A stretch of DNA of 64,000 nucleotides from Candidatus Eiseniibacteriota bacterium (GTDB lineage: Bacteria; Eisenbacteria; RBG-16-71-46): NCBI GenBank assembly GCA_963707915.1, contig OY970178.1, positions 2,304,001-2,368,000 of the forward strand, in the 5' to 3' direction. The notes under the pieces are model-generated. The model made no database searches and was not told the DNA's origin. It saw only the letters and a program-made list of their open reading frames with translations. The position numbers and the translations under genes are program-made. Shown here in pieces: positions 1 to 9,540 of this stretch. The number at the start of each line of letters is the position of its first letter. The stretch's first letter is position 1.

Positions 1-1
1 C

Positions 2-718
2 GGCGAATGGATGTACGACCGCTACCAGGGCTGGGTCTGGATCCCCGGCAGCGACTGGGCGCCGGCCTGGGTCTCCTGGGAGGAGACCCCCGACTACATC
101 GGCTGGGCCCCGCGGTTCCCGGACGGCTACGGTCCGGACCTGGCGCCGGACGGCGGGTATCTCTACGTGCAGATCGCCGATCTCCCGGCCGCCGACGTGC
201 AGGCCCGGGTGCGAACGAAGGGTCAGCTCGGCGAGGGGCTCGGCCTGCCGCGCCGCATCGAGAACCTCCTGGTGCGCGACGGCGTCAGGTTCAATGCGGG
301 GCCGAAGCTCGACGGGATCGAGCGGCGCTCCGGGCCGCTGACCCGCGTCAAGCTCGAGGACCTCTTCTCCAGCGGCCCTGCGGTCACGAGGCCGGGCGCG
401 GGCCCCGCACGCCAGACCGCGCCCGCGCCGTCCGATCCGTTCCTCGCCCGGAAGCCCGGGCCGCGACGCGCGCCGGCCGGCGCGTTCGGCGATTCGACCA
501 CGGTCGAGGCGATGCGCCGCGCCGCGGAGGAGGCCGCTCGCGCGGCCCGGGCGGTGACCCGGAGCGGCGCCGCACCGCCGCCGAGCATCGGCGTGGTGCG
601 GCGTGCGGTGGAGCGCGAGCCCGGTCCGGCCGGGAGGCCCGGCGAGGCCGTTCCCCGGGAGCGACCGCGGCGGGCCGGCCACGTCCCGGCCGCGCCCGAC
701 AGCACGAAGCAGCGTTGA
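2..718 (+). CDS. DUF6600-like (YXWGXW-type) protein, 5' truncated by the window edge, with Pro/Ala/Arg-rich C-terminus
   Basis: Frame is open from base 2; GWVWIPGSDWAPAWVSW...YIGWAP motif typical of DUF6600/FecR-associated proteins. Confidence 0.7.
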   Translation, partial: GEWMYDRYQGWVWIPGSDWAPAWVSWEETPDYIGWAPRFPDGYGPDLAPDGGYLYVQIADLPAADVQARVRTKGQLGEGLGLPRRIENLLVRDGVRFNAGPKLDGIERRSGPLTRVKLEDLFSSGPAVTRPGAGPARQTAPAPSDPFLARKPGPRRAPAGAFGDSTTVEAMRRAAEEAARAARAVTRSGAAPPPSIGVVRRAVEREPGPAGRPGEAVPRERPRRAGHVPAAPDSTKQR

Positions 719-728
719 CCGGGCGAGC

Positions 729-1823
729 GTGAGCGTCACCGACCGCATCAAGGCCCACGCGCTGGAACAGGGCTTCGATGCGGTGCGCGTCGCAGCCGTC
801 GCCCCCGCCCGGGCGGATGCGCAGGACGCGGGTCCGGCCGCGCCCGACACGCCGGGTGCCGGGCACTTCGCCGCGTGGCTCCGCGCCGGGCGCCACGGGG
901 AGATGTCCTGGCTGGCCACCGAGCGGAACCGCGCGCGCCGCGCCGATCCCGCGCGCATCCTGCCCGGCGTCCGCTCGTTGCTCTGCGTGGCGATGGGCCA
1001 CGAGCCCGACGCCGACGCCGCGCGCGACCGGCGCCTCGGGCGCATCGCCCGCTACGCCGCGGGCGAGGACTACCACCGCGTCATGCGCGACCGTCTCGGA
1101 GCGCTGGCCCGTTTCATCGAGCAGGCGCTGCCCGGCGCGCGCGCCCTGTGGTACGCGGACACCGGCGCGATCCTCGAGCGCGGCTGGGCCGAGCGCGCCG
1201 GCCTCGGCTGGATCGCAAAGCACTCGGGACTGGTCTCGCCCACGCTGGGCTCCTGGCTGCTGCTGGGCGAGGTGCTCGTCGACCACGAGCTCGACGCCGA
1301 CGCGCCCTTCGACCGCGAGCGCTGCGGCACCTGCACCCGCTGCCTCGCGGCCTGCCCCACCGGGGCCATCGCCGCGCCCGGCCAGGTGGACGCGCGCCGG
1401 TGCATCTCCTACCTCACGATCGAGCATCCCGGGCCGATCGAGCCGGCGCTGCGCCCGCTCCTGGGCGACTGGATCTTCGGCTGCGACCTCTGCCAGGAGG
1501 TCTGCCCGTGGAACCGCTTCGCCGCCCCCGCGCGCGAGCCGCGCCTGCGGCCGCGGTCGTTCGAGGGCTGGACGCTCGAGCGCTTCCTGGCGCTGGACGA
1601 GCCGGGCTTCCGCGACCTCTTCGCCACCAGCGCGATCCGGCGCACGGGACGGGGACGGTTCCTGCGCAACGTCTGCGTGGCGCTCGGCAACCGCGGCGAG
1701 GCTGCCGCGCGACCCGCCCTCGCCCATGCCCGCGAGGCCGACCCCGACCCGCTGGTGCGTGAGCACGCCTCGTGGGCGCTGGACGCGCTCGCCCGGGGCT
1801 CGGGGACGACCGGGACGGGTTGA
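729..1823 (+). CDS. queG: tRNA epoxyqueuosine(34) reductase
   Basis: IARYAAGEDYH, ADTGAILER, CGTCTRCLAACPTGAI, DARRCISYLTIE, FGCDLCQEVCPWN; GTG start at 729. Confidence 0.95.
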   Translation: MSVTDRIKAHALEQGFDAVRVAAVAPARADAQDAGPAAPDTPGAGHFAAWLRAGRHGEMSWLATERNRARRADPARILPGVRSLLCVAMGHEPDADAARDRRLGRIARYAAGEDYHRVMRDRLGALARFIEQALPGARALWYADTGAILERGWAERAGLGWIAKHSGLVSPTLGSWLLLGEVLVDHELDADAPFDRERCGTCTRCLAACPTGAIAAPGQVDARRCISYLTIEHPGPIEPALRPLLGDWIFGCDLCQEVCPWNRFAAPAREPRLRPRSFEGWTLERFLALDEPGFRDLFATSAIRRTGRGRFLRNVCVALGNRGEAAARPALAHAREADPDPLVREHASWALDALARGSGTTGTG

Positions 1824-1995
1824 CCCGTTCCCCTGCATGCCGGGTGCCCGGCGCTCCTCAAGTCCGACCTCGTCCGACCGATCCTCCAGATGAGGACCGA
1901 CCGGGCCCCGGTGCCCGGCCGACCCGTTCCGGCACCCCTCCGCGCGCCGGCCACGCCCGGCGCCGCGGGGCACCGCTGCTCCCTGGGAGGACCTG

Positions 1996-2859
1996 GTGGA
2001 CGCCATCCCGCAGATCGCGAACGACGCGGCTTGTCCCGGCGACACGCTGCCGTACCTCATCGTCCGGCTCAACCGCCAGGACGCGGCGATCCCGGTGCGG
2101 CACGTCCGCGCCATCCTCATGACCCCGAAAGTGGTCCCGATCCCCGGCGCTCCGCCGCACGTGCGCGGGGTCATCCACGTGCGCGGGGAGGTCATGCAGG
2201 TCATGGACCTCCGGCTCCGGCTCGGCATGCCGCACCGCATGAAGGACGTCGAGGACCTGCTCGAGGTCCTGCGGGCCCGGGAGGAGGACCACCACAACTG
2301 GATCCGGGAGCTGGACGCCTCGGTGCGGGAGCGGCGACCGTTCAAGCTGGCCCGCGACCCTCACCAGTGCAAGTTCGGGAAGTGGTACGACACGTACCAG
2401 ACCGACAACCGGATGCTGCAGCTGCTCTGGGGCAGGTTCAACCAGCCCCACCGGCAGATCCACGCCATCGCGGACGTCGTCTCCGCGCACATGGAGCGGG
2501 GCGAGGCCGACGAGGCGCTGGCGCTGATCGAGCACACGCGCACGACGGTCATGGCGGCCCTGACGGGCGTCTTCGCCGAGGCCCGGCAGGCGATCCTGGA
2601 GTTCAGCCGCGAGCTGGTGATCGTCCTCGACCACGGCGCGAAGGCGCTCGCGATCACGGTGGACGAGGCCGACGTCGTCGAGACCATCCGCGAGGCGGAC
2701 ATGATGGAACTGCCCGTCATGCTCTGCGCGGAGGGCGCCGCCGTGATCTCGCGCACCGCCCGCCGCGCGCAGACCGACGACCTGCTGCTGGTGGTGGACA
2801 CCGCGAAGCTGTTCCCGGACGAATCCGGCGAATCGGAGCGCTCCGCCCGCGCCGCGTGA
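1996..2859 (+). CDS. CheW-like protein with inserted CZB (chemoreceptor zinc-binding) domain
   Basis: VVPIPGAPPHVRGVIHVRGEVMQVMDLRLRLG (CheW); EEDHHNW...DPHQCKFGKWY...PHRQIH (CZB); C-terminal LAITVDEADVV...LLLVVD; GGAGG RBS before GTG. Confidence 0.85.
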   Translation: MDAIPQIANDAACPGDTLPYLIVRLNRQDAAIPVRHVRAILMTPKVVPIPGAPPHVRGVIHVRGEVMQVMDLRLRLGMPHRMKDVEDLLEVLRAREEDHHNWIRELDASVRERRPFKLARDPHQCKFGKWYDTYQTDNRMLQLLWGRFNQPHRQIHAIADVVSAHMERGEADEALALIEHTRTTVMAALTGVFAEARQAILEFSRELVIVLDHGAKALAITVDEADVVETIREADMMELPVMLCAEGAAVISRTARRAQTDDLLLVVDTAKLFPDESGESERSARAA

Positions 2860-2884
2860 CGGCGGCGCACCGCCGGAACACCGG

Positions 2885-3304
2885 CTACTCCAGCTTCGCC
2901 CCCGCCACCCACCCGGCGTCGCCGCCGGCGTAGTGCTCCTTCTTCCAGATGGGCACCGTGTCCTTCACGCGGTCCATCGCCCAGCGCGTCGCGTCGAAGG
3001 CCGCGGCGCGGTGGGCGGCGGCCACGACCACGGCGATGCTCGCCTCGGCGGGCGGCACCACGCCGAGCCGGTGGACGATGCGGCACGAGGCCACCGCGTG
3101 ACGCTCCACCGCTTCGCGCTCGGTCCGCTCGAGGGCCGCGAGCGCCATGGGCCGGTAGGCCTCGTACTCGAGGCGCACGACTTCGCGCCCCTCGTGGTGG
3201 TCGCGCGTGGTGCCGAGGAAGAGGACGACCGCGCCGCAGTCGGGGCGCGCGGCGCCGGCGAGCAGGCGACCGATGTCGATCGGGCCGTCGACCAGTTCTG
3301 CCAC
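2885..3304 (-). CDS. moaE: molybdopterin synthase catalytic subunit
   Basis: CGAVVLFLGTTR, LEYEAY, IVHRLG, AAHRAAAF, VPIWKKEHY. Confidence 0.95.
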   Translation of the reverse strand: MAELVDGPIDIGRLLAGAARPDCGAVVLFLGTTRDHHEGREVVRLEYEAYRPMALAALERTEREAVERHAVASCRIVHRLGVVPPAEASIAVVVAAAHRAAAFDATRWAMDRVKDTVPIWKKEHYAGGDAGWVAGAKLE

Positions 3305-3305
3305 G

Positions 3306-3551
3306 TCAGCCCCCGCTCACCGGCGGCAGCAGCGCCAGCTCGGCGCCTTCCACCAGCGACGTGTCGGGCCGCGCCAGCCGGCCGTTCACCGCGACCGCGA
3401 GGTGCGGCCACAGGGATTCGAGCGCGGGATGCTCGCGCGCGAGCACGGCGAGCGCGTCCGCGAGCCGGCTGCCCTCGGGCAGCGACAGCTCGGCGCGCGC
3501 GCGCCCGGCGCGCTCGCGCACCTGGGCGAAGAACAGCACGGTGACCTTCAT
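3306..3551 (-). CDS. moaD: molybdopterin synthase sulfur carrier subunit
   Basis: 81 aa, VLFFA...AVAVN...ELALLPPVSGG with C-terminal GG; adjacent to moaE. Confidence 0.95.
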   Translation of the reverse strand: MKVTVLFFAQVRERAGRARAELSLPEGSRLADALAVLAREHPALESLWPHLAVAVNGRLARPDTSLVEGAELALLPPVSGG

Positions 3552-3586
3552 GGACGCTCTCCCCTTCGAGTCGCTATGCTCGCCGG

Positions 3587-4753
3587 ATGAGCGACGAGAA
3601 TCAAGCGCCCCCGTCGTCCGGCGGCACCGCGCAGCGCCCGGACGGCCCGCCCGCCCGGCACCCCGCGCTCGAGTACCTGGAGTTCCCCGCGGACGCGGCG
3701 GGCCGGCCCGGACCGCCGGAGCCCCCCGCGCCGCCCCCCCTGCCCCGCGGGGTGCTGCACGCCGCCCTGGCGCTGGCGCTGCTCGGCCTCGCGGCCCTGC
3801 TGTTCGGACAGGTCGAGGCGTCGCTCCTGGTCGCGGTCGCGGCGCTCTACTTCATGGCCCAGGGCGCGGACGTCCACCCGGCGATGGGCCGCGTGTACGC
3901 GCTCCTCGCGTGGATCCCGCCGGTCACCGGGGCCCTCGTGATGGGGGCGCTCGCGGGGGTGCTGGTCGCGAACGGCCCGCTCACGCCGCTGCGCGCCGGC
4001 GTCGCCGCCGCCTCGGGCCTCGGAGCGGTCGCGAGCCTCGCCGGCCTGCGGACGTCGGTGGCGGACCGGCTCGTCCGCCTGCTGTTCCGCGGCGCCGGCT
4101 CCAGCCACACGCTCCGCCTCACCGCCGGCGTCGCGTTCGTGATCCTCTGGGTGGCGTTCCCGGCATGGCTCGCGTTCCGCGACCAGCTCGCCGAGCTGCT
4201 GCGCGACCCCGGCGCGCTGGTGAGCCCCTCGAAGCTCTCCGGCGGACTCGTCGGCTACGTCGTGCTGGCGTTCGCCGCGGTCGGTTTCCGGGTCCGCCGC
4301 GACGCGCGCGGCTCGCTCGCGCGCCTGGGCCTCACCGCGTTGCGTCCGGTGGACGGCCTGGTCGTCATCGCGGGGGTCGCGGCGCTCTGGCTCTTCAACT
4401 CCGGGAGCGAGGGGCTCGAGCGGATCGCGCTGCCGACGCTATGGGCGAGCGACCGGGCGTTCACCGCCGCGCTGGCCGGGGTCATGGGCCCGGGCCTGAT
4501 GGTGCTGCTGAGTCTCAGCGCCGGCATCGGCGAGGAGATCACCCTGCGCGGCGCACTGCAGCCGAAGCTCGGGATCGCGCTGACGTCGCTGCTCTTCGCG
4601 GCGCTACACGTCCAGTACACGTGGTACGGGATGCTCTCGATTTTGGTCTTCGGCCTGCTGCTGGGCGTGATCCGCGCGCGCAGCAGCACCACGGCCGCGA
4701 TCCTGGTCCACGCGCTCTACAACCTGCTCGCCGTGGCGTCCGCGAAGCCGTAG
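3587..4753 (+). CDS. CPBP family intramembrane glutamic endopeptidase (CAAX/Abi) with extended N-terminal membrane region
   Basis: AGIGEEITLRG, LFAALH, AILVHALYN motifs; many TM helices. Confidence 0.9.
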   Translation: MSDENQAPPSSGGTAQRPDGPPARHPALEYLEFPADAAGRPGPPEPPAPPPLPRGVLHAALALALLGLAALLFGQVEASLLVAVAALYFMAQGADVHPAMGRVYALLAWIPPVTGALVMGALAGVLVANGPLTPLRAGVAAASGLGAVASLAGLRTSVADRLVRLLFRGAGSSHTLRLTAGVAFVILWVAFPAWLAFRDQLAELLRDPGALVSPSKLSGGLVGYVVLAFAAVGFRVRRDARGSLARLGLTALRPVDGLVVIAGVAALWLFNSGSEGLERIALPTLWASDRAFTAALAGVMGPGLMVLLSLSAGIGEEITLRGALQPKLGIALTSLLFAALHVQYTWYGMLSILVFGLLLGVIRARSSTTAAILVHALYNLLAVASAKP

Positions 4754-4792
4754 GGCCCGCGCCCGGCACGGCGGGAGGCCGCGCCCCGAAGA

Positions 4793-4834
4793 CGCAGCGA
4801 CCGCGGCGGGGAGTCCCCCGCTGCGGTCGCTGCG
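4793..4834. terminator. strong GC hairpin between convergent genes (terminator-like, no U-tract)
   Basis: cgcagcgaccgcggcgggg-agtc-ccccgctgcggtcgctgcg, 19-bp stem with one G-U pair. Confidence 0.55.
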
Positions 4835-4858
4835 AGACCGCGTGGCGCCATCGGGCCG

Positions 4859-5602
4859 TCAGCGCACGAGGTCGTATCCGACGCCGACCCTGACGTAGAA
4901 CCCGCTGAAGTCCAGCTCCGGCGTGGTGTCGGTCCCCTCGTACGCCGTCGTTCCGCCCGGCCCGGCCACGTCGCTGGTCCAGCGGCCGCTCAAGTGGCCC
5001 AGGTCGCGGAACTGGAATCCCGCCCGGACGAACCCCGCGATGCCGGCGGGATTGGTCTGGTCGAATCCCACGAACGCGCCCCAGGTCACCTGCGTGCGGC
5101 TCGCCGTCTCCTGCAGGTCGACCCGGATGCCGGGCTCCTCGTCGTACCCGCTCTCGATCAGCTCCCCGCGGCCCCTGGCCACGTTGGCGCCGACCGTGAA
5201 CCCCGCCCACTGGCGGAAGCGCACCGCGGCCTCCGCGCCGATCTCGGTCATCCGGAGATCCAGCTGGTCACCGTAGGCGATCACACCCGGCACGGTGAAG
5301 CCGTTGCTGCGCACGGCCCGCAGGTACGAGTACGTGGCCCCGAGCCGAAGCCCGGGAAGCACCCACACCCCCGCGGAGACCGCCGGTCCGTATCCGGCCC
5401 CGATCTCCTGGAACGTGGCCGGCAGTCCGGCCGCCCGGAACGCGGCCTCGTCCTCGCGGATCTCCCGGTTCGCGCCGCTCATCCTCAGTTCGTTCCCGCC
5501 GTACTCGAGGCGGACGTAGGGGGCGACGCCGGCCAGCACCGGCGCCGCGCCGGCAAGCGTCGTCAGCAGGCACGCCAGGGCCGGCAGGTCACGGATCTTC
5601 AT
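4859..5602 (-). CDS. outer-membrane beta-barrel protein (porin/OmpA-like barrel)
   Basis: Signal peptide (…APVLA), alternating beta-strand pattern, C-terminal FYVRVGVGY; AAGGAGG RBS. Confidence 0.7.
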   Translation of the reverse strand: MKIRDLPALACLLTTLAGAAPVLAGVAPYVRLEYGGNELRMSGANREIREDEAAFRAAGLPATFQEIGAGYGPAVSAGVWVLPGLRLGATYSYLRAVRSNGFTVPGVIAYGDQLDLRMTEIGAEAAVRFRQWAGFTVGANVARGRGELIESGYDEEPGIRVDLQETASRTQVTWGAFVGFDQTNPAGIAGFVRAGFQFRDLGHLSGRWTSDVAGPGGTTAYEGTDTTPELDFSGFYVRVGVGYDLVR

Positions 5603-5709
5603 GGACTCCTCCTTGATTCCAGCGACGCGAACGAGCCGTACCCATTGAGTGTCGGCTCGACCGGGGCCTTCTTGATTCGGATCGGGGCCGGCCCGGCGAC
5701 GAGCAGCAG

Positions 5710-5889
5710 GTGGCAGGCGGGGAAGTCCGGTGGTTCCCGCTGGTTGGGACCCCGATTCCCCCCCGGCGAGCCGGCGCCCCGGGGAGCCGGGGCGACCCGG
5801 GCGCCGCCCGCCCGGGGAAGTGTCGGGTGGCGGTGTCTCCAGGAGCGGCTGGTGAACACGGCGAGCGTAGTCCCGCCGTCCGCCCAGGG
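5710..5889. ncRNA. candidate structured ncRNA (long rod-like imperfect hairpin, 6S-like size)
   Basis: Nested pairing arms ggcggg/cccgcc, ccgct/agcgg, cccga/tcggg, ttccc/gggaa, ggcgagccggcgccc/gggcgccgcccgcc across ~180 nt of intergenic DNA. Confidence 0.25.
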
Positions 5890-5899
5890 CAATCGCCGA

Positions 5900-6619
5900 T
5901 TACGAGAGGGTCTCGCCCGGCCGCAACGCCACGACCTCGCTCGGGACCTGGAGCTTCTTCAGCTCCTCGCGCAGCATCTCGGGGGTGCCGGCGAGCACCG
6001 GATGCGTGCCGTAGTGGGCCGGCACGATCCATCTCGGCTTGAGCATGCGCGCCGCCACCGCCGCCTCGCGCGGCGACATCGTGTAGTGGTCCCCGATCGG
6101 CAGCAGCGCGATGTCGGGCGGGTAGAGCTCGCCGATCAGCGCCATGTCCGAATGCACGCCGGTGTCGCCGGCGTGGTAGATGCGCGTGCCGTCCTCGAGC
6201 GTGATCACGAAGCCGGCCGCCTCGCCGCCGTAGAACACCTGGCCGCCGTCCTCGATGCCGCTCGAATGGACGGCGTGGACCATCGTGAAGCGGAGGCCGG
6301 CCACCTCCGCCGTGCCGCCCTTGTTCATGCTGAGCGTGTTGGGCACGCCCTTGCGGTCCAGGAACAGGCTGATCTCGAGGTTCCCGATCACCACCGGCTT
6401 GAACTTCCTCCCCAGCGCCACCGCGTCGCCCAGGTGGTCGTTGTGACCGTGCGAGATGGTGATCACGTCGATCTTGTCGAAGGCCTTGAGCTCCTTCGGG
6501 CAGGCCGGATTGCTCTCGACCCACGGGTCCATCAACACGGTGCGGGCGCCACGGGTGACGAGCTTGAACGTGTGATGGCCGAGCCAGGTCAGCGCGAACC
6601 CGCGGTTGACGGCACTCAC
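5900..6619 (-). CDS. metal-dependent hydrolase, metallo-beta-lactamase fold (UPF0173)
   Basis: LTWLGH, MDPW, SHGHNDH, HAVHSS, YHAGDT, LPIGDHYTM, PAHYGT; GTGA overlap with the tnaA stop. Confidence 0.9.
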   Translation of the reverse strand: MSAVNRGFALTWLGHHTFKLVTRGARTVLMDPWVESNPACPKELKAFDKIDVITISHGHNDHLGDAVALGRKFKPVVIGNLEISLFLDRKGVPNTLSMNKGGTAEVAGLRFTMVHAVHSSGIEDGGQVFYGGEAAGFVITLEDGTRIYHAGDTGVHSDMALIGELYPPDIALLPIGDHYTMSPREAAVAARMLKPRWIVPAHYGTHPVLAGTPEMLREELKKLQVPSEVVALRPGETLS

Positions 6620-7989
6620 GGCCTGCCCACTTCCTCGAGCCGCGCCGTGAAGTGGCGGAGCGCCGGCGCCTCCCAGGTGATGCGCAGGCCCCGGAGCCGG
6701 CCGCGTTCCCGGTGGATGGCGATGACCGACTCCGCTACGTAGCGCATGTGCTCGTTGGTGTAGACGCGGCGCGGGACGGCCAGCCGCACCAGGTCGAGCC
6801 TGGGGAACACCGGCTCGCCGGTCTTCGGGTCGCGGTGCCCGAACATCAGGCTCCCGATCTCCACCGTGCGGATGCCGAACTCGCGGTAGAGCTGCACGAC
6901 CAGCGCCTGGCCGGGGAACTGCGACTGCGGGATGTCCGGCAGGAACGCGCGCGCGTCGAGGTAGACCGCGTGGCCGCCGACCGGCTTCACGATGGGCACG
7001 CCCGCCCGGTCCAGCAGGTCGCCCAGGTAGGCCACCTGCCCGACGCGGTGGGCGAGGTAGTCCTCGTCGAGCACCTCGGTCAGGCCGATGGCGATGGCCT
7101 CGAGATCGCGCCCGGCGAGCCCCCCGTACGTGGCGAAGCCCTCGACCAGGATGAGCAGGTTGCGGATCTTCTCGGCCCACGCCTCGTTCTTGAGCGCCAG
7201 GAAGCCGCCGATGTTCACCAGCGCGTCCTTCTTGGCGCTCATGGTGCAGCCGTCGCCGTACGAGAACAGCTCGCGCGCGATGTCCTTGACGCTGCGCTGC
7301 GACCAGCCCGGCTCGCGCTCGCGGATGAACCAGCAGTTCTCGGCGAAGCGGCAGGCGTCGAAGATCAGCGGCACGCCGTGCCGGTCGCAGACCTCGCGCA
7401 CCGCGCGCACGTTGGCGATCGAGACCGGCTGACCGCCCCCCGAGTTGTTCGTGACCGTGATCATCACGAGCGGCACGCGCTCGCGCCCGACCTCCCGGAT
7501 CGCGCGGTCGAGCTTCGCCGGGTCGAGGTTGCCCTTGAACGGGTGCAGGCAGCCCGGGTCGAGGCCCTCGTCGATCACCAGGTCGCGCGCCTCGGCGCCC
7601 TGGTGCTCGATGTTGGCGCGCGTGGTGTCGAAGTGCGTGTTGCTGGGCACGACGTCCCCGGGCTTGAGCACGCTCGAGAACAGCAGGTGCTCCGCGGCGC
7701 GGCCCTGGTGCGTCGGGATGACGATCGGGTAGCCGAAGACGTCCTGGATGGTGTCGCGGAAGTGATAGAAGTTGCGGCTGCAGGCGTACGACTCGTCACC
7801 CATCATGAGCCCGGCCCACTGGCGGTCGCTCATCGCCGAGGTGCCGCTGTCGGTGAGCAGGTCCACGGCAACGCTCTCGGCGGGCACGGCGAAGAGGTTG
7901 AGACCGGCCTCCGCCAGCAAGTGCTCGCGCTCTTCGCGCGTCACGCGGCGCAACGGCTCGACGACCTTGATGCGGAAGGGCTCTCGCAT
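6616..7989 (-). CDS. tnaA: tryptophanase (PLP-dependent beta-eliminating lyase)
   Basis: EPFRIKVVE, DLLTDSGT, HQGRAAE, SAKKD (PLP Lys); HFDTTR and LRHFT match tryptophanase rather than tyrosine phenol-lyase (FTTT, LRFFT). Confidence 0.85.
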   Translation of the reverse strand: MREPFRIKVVEPLRRVTREEREHLLAEAGLNLFAVPAESVAVDLLTDSGTSAMSDRQWAGLMMGDESYACSRNFYHFRDTIQDVFGYPIVIPTHQGRAAEHLLFSSVLKPGDVVPSNTHFDTTRANIEHQGAEARDLVIDEGLDPGCLHPFKGNLDPAKLDRAIREVGRERVPLVMITVTNNSGGGQPVSIANVRAVREVCDRHGVPLIFDACRFAENCWFIREREPGWSQRSVKDIARELFSYGDGCTMSAKKDALVNIGGFLALKNEAWAEKIRNLLILVEGFATYGGLAGRDLEAIAIGLTEVLDEDYLAHRVGQVAYLGDLLDRAGVPIVKPVGGHAVYLDARAFLPDIPQSQFPGQALVVQLYREFGIRTVEIGSLMFGHRDPKTGEPVFPRLDLVRLAVPRRVYTNEHMRYVAESVIAIHRERGRLRGLRITWEAPALRHFTARLEEVGRP

Positions 7990-8111
7990 GTCGGCGGCAG
8001 TCTATCCGGCGCGCAGGGTGGAGACAAGGCGCGGCACCCCGGTGCGGGGCGAGCGCCTCCGCCCGCGCGGGCGGCTTGCATGCGCCCCATCGCCCGGCTA
8101 CGGTCCCGCCC

Positions 8112-9467
8112 ATGAAGGCCGCCCTCGCCGTACCCGCCGCGCGCATGCGCACCGTCGTGCTCGACCTCGCGTTCACCGCGTTCCTGGCGTTCGCCCTCTC
8201 CCTGTCGGCCCGCGCCGCGGGGGCCGCGCCGGACGCGCCCCGGCTCGAGCTCGGCTTCGAGGAGCGCGTCCGCACCGAGAACTGGGACAACAGCACCGAC
8301 TTCGACCAGGCCGCGCCGGACGCGCGCCACCAGTTGCGGCTCCGCACGCGCGCCTGGGCGACGCTGAGCGCCGGGAGGAGCACCGAGTTCGCGCTCGGCT
8401 TCAACGACGAAGACCGCAAGGTGACCACGCCCCACGCCCCGTTGAAGCTGGACGAGATCGTGATCGAGAACCTCTACGTCGACCACCGCTTCTCCGACGG
8501 GGCCTCCATCCGTCTGGGACGCCAGAACCTCATGCGTGGCGACGGCTTCATCCTGATGGATGGCACTCCGCTCGACGGCTCGCGCACCGCCTACTTCAAC
8601 GCGCTCGACCTGGGCTGGACCTCGGGGAAGTCGAGGCTCGACCTGCTGATCATCTCCGATCCGCATCGCGACGAGTACCTGCCGCGCATCCACGACCAGG
8701 ACAAGCCGCTGATCGAGCGGGACGAGAACGCGGTCGGTCTCTACTGGACCCGCGCGGACCGCCCGGGGACCACGCTCGACGCGTACTACTTCTTCAAGGC
8801 CGAGACCGGCGACACGCGCCCGGCCACGAACCCCGTCCGGCAGGGCGACCGGATGTTCCACACGCTCGGCGGCCGCGCGACGCGCGATTACCCGGGGGAC
8901 TGGTCGGTGAAGGCGGAGCTGGCGGGACAGGCCGGCGGGCAGCAGCCCGGTTCCGACATCCGCGCGTGGGGCGCCCAGGTCTCGGTGAAGAAGGGCTTCG
9001 CGCACGCGGCGAGGCCGTCCGTCCAGCTGGGCTGGATCGGCCTCTCGGGCGACGACCCCGCGACGGCGGCGAACGAGGGCTGGGACCCGCTCTTCGCGCG
9101 CTACCCGAAGTGGAGCGAGCTGTACATCTACACGCTGGCCGGTGAACGCGGCGTGTCCTACTGGACCAACCTCTCGATGTGGCAGGTCGAGGCGCGGGCG
9201 ACGCCGGTGAAGGCTCTCGAGCTGCGGGCCACGGCCTACCGCCTGGCGGCCTTCCACGCCTTCCCGGGCAAGTCCTCGATCTACGCCGACGGGACGCGGC
9301 GCGGCGACCTCTACGAGGCGCGCGCCGACTACCGGCTGAACGACAACTGGCGCGGGCACGTCGTGGGCGAGTGGATGGCGCCCGGCGACTTCTACACCCA
9401 CGGCGACGCAGGCTGGTTCCTCCGCGCCGAGGTGATCTGCTCGTTCAAGCGGTCGTTCGCCGGGTAG
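8112..9467 (+). CDS. alginate-export family outer-membrane beta-barrel
   Basis: Signal peptide; ERVRTENW, LRLRTR, IRLGRQ, ELAGQAG, LSGDDP, WDPLF; start uncertain (8112 or 8145). Confidence 0.8.
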   Translation: MKAALAVPAARMRTVVLDLAFTAFLAFALSLSARAAGAAPDAPRLELGFEERVRTENWDNSTDFDQAAPDARHQLRLRTRAWATLSAGRSTEFALGFNDEDRKVTTPHAPLKLDEIVIENLYVDHRFSDGASIRLGRQNLMRGDGFILMDGTPLDGSRTAYFNALDLGWTSGKSRLDLLIISDPHRDEYLPRIHDQDKPLIERDENAVGLYWTRADRPGTTLDAYYFFKAETGDTRPATNPVRQGDRMFHTLGGRATRDYPGDWSVKAELAGQAGGQQPGSDIRAWGAQVSVKKGFAHAARPSVQLGWIGLSGDDPATAANEGWDPLFARYPKWSELYIYTLAGERGVSYWTNLSMWQVEARATPVKALELRATAYRLAAFHAFPGKSSIYADGTRRGDLYEARADYRLNDNWRGHVVGEWMAPGDFYTHGDAGWFLRAEVICSFKRSFAG

Positions 9468-9480
9468 ATTCCCGCCCGGG

Positions 9481-9514
9481 CGCGGACGTCGCCCTTCGGC
9501 CCTCCGTCGCCCGC
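9481..9514 (+). repeat. dispersed 34-bp intergenic repeat, copy 1
   Basis: cgcggacgtcgcccttcggccctccgtcgcccgc; 31/34 identical to the reverse complement of 11299-11332. Confidence 0.75.
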
Positions 9515-9540
9515 CCCGGACTCGCGCGCGGTGAAGGCGC

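Noticed and set aside
5718..5740. GGGAAGTCCGGTG resembling a cobalamin riboswitch or RNase P motif
   Set aside because: The downstream conserved elements (AAxCC...GCxACTG, or the RNase P P4 partner) are missing, and the strand is opposite to the flanking genes.
6616..7989. Tyrosine phenol-lyase assignment
   Set aside because: FDTT, SAKKD and LRHFT favour tryptophanase.
7990..8111. TnaC-like leader peptide upstream of tryptophanase
   Set aside because: The divergent spacer is short and holds no Trp-containing leader ORF with an RBS that I could support.
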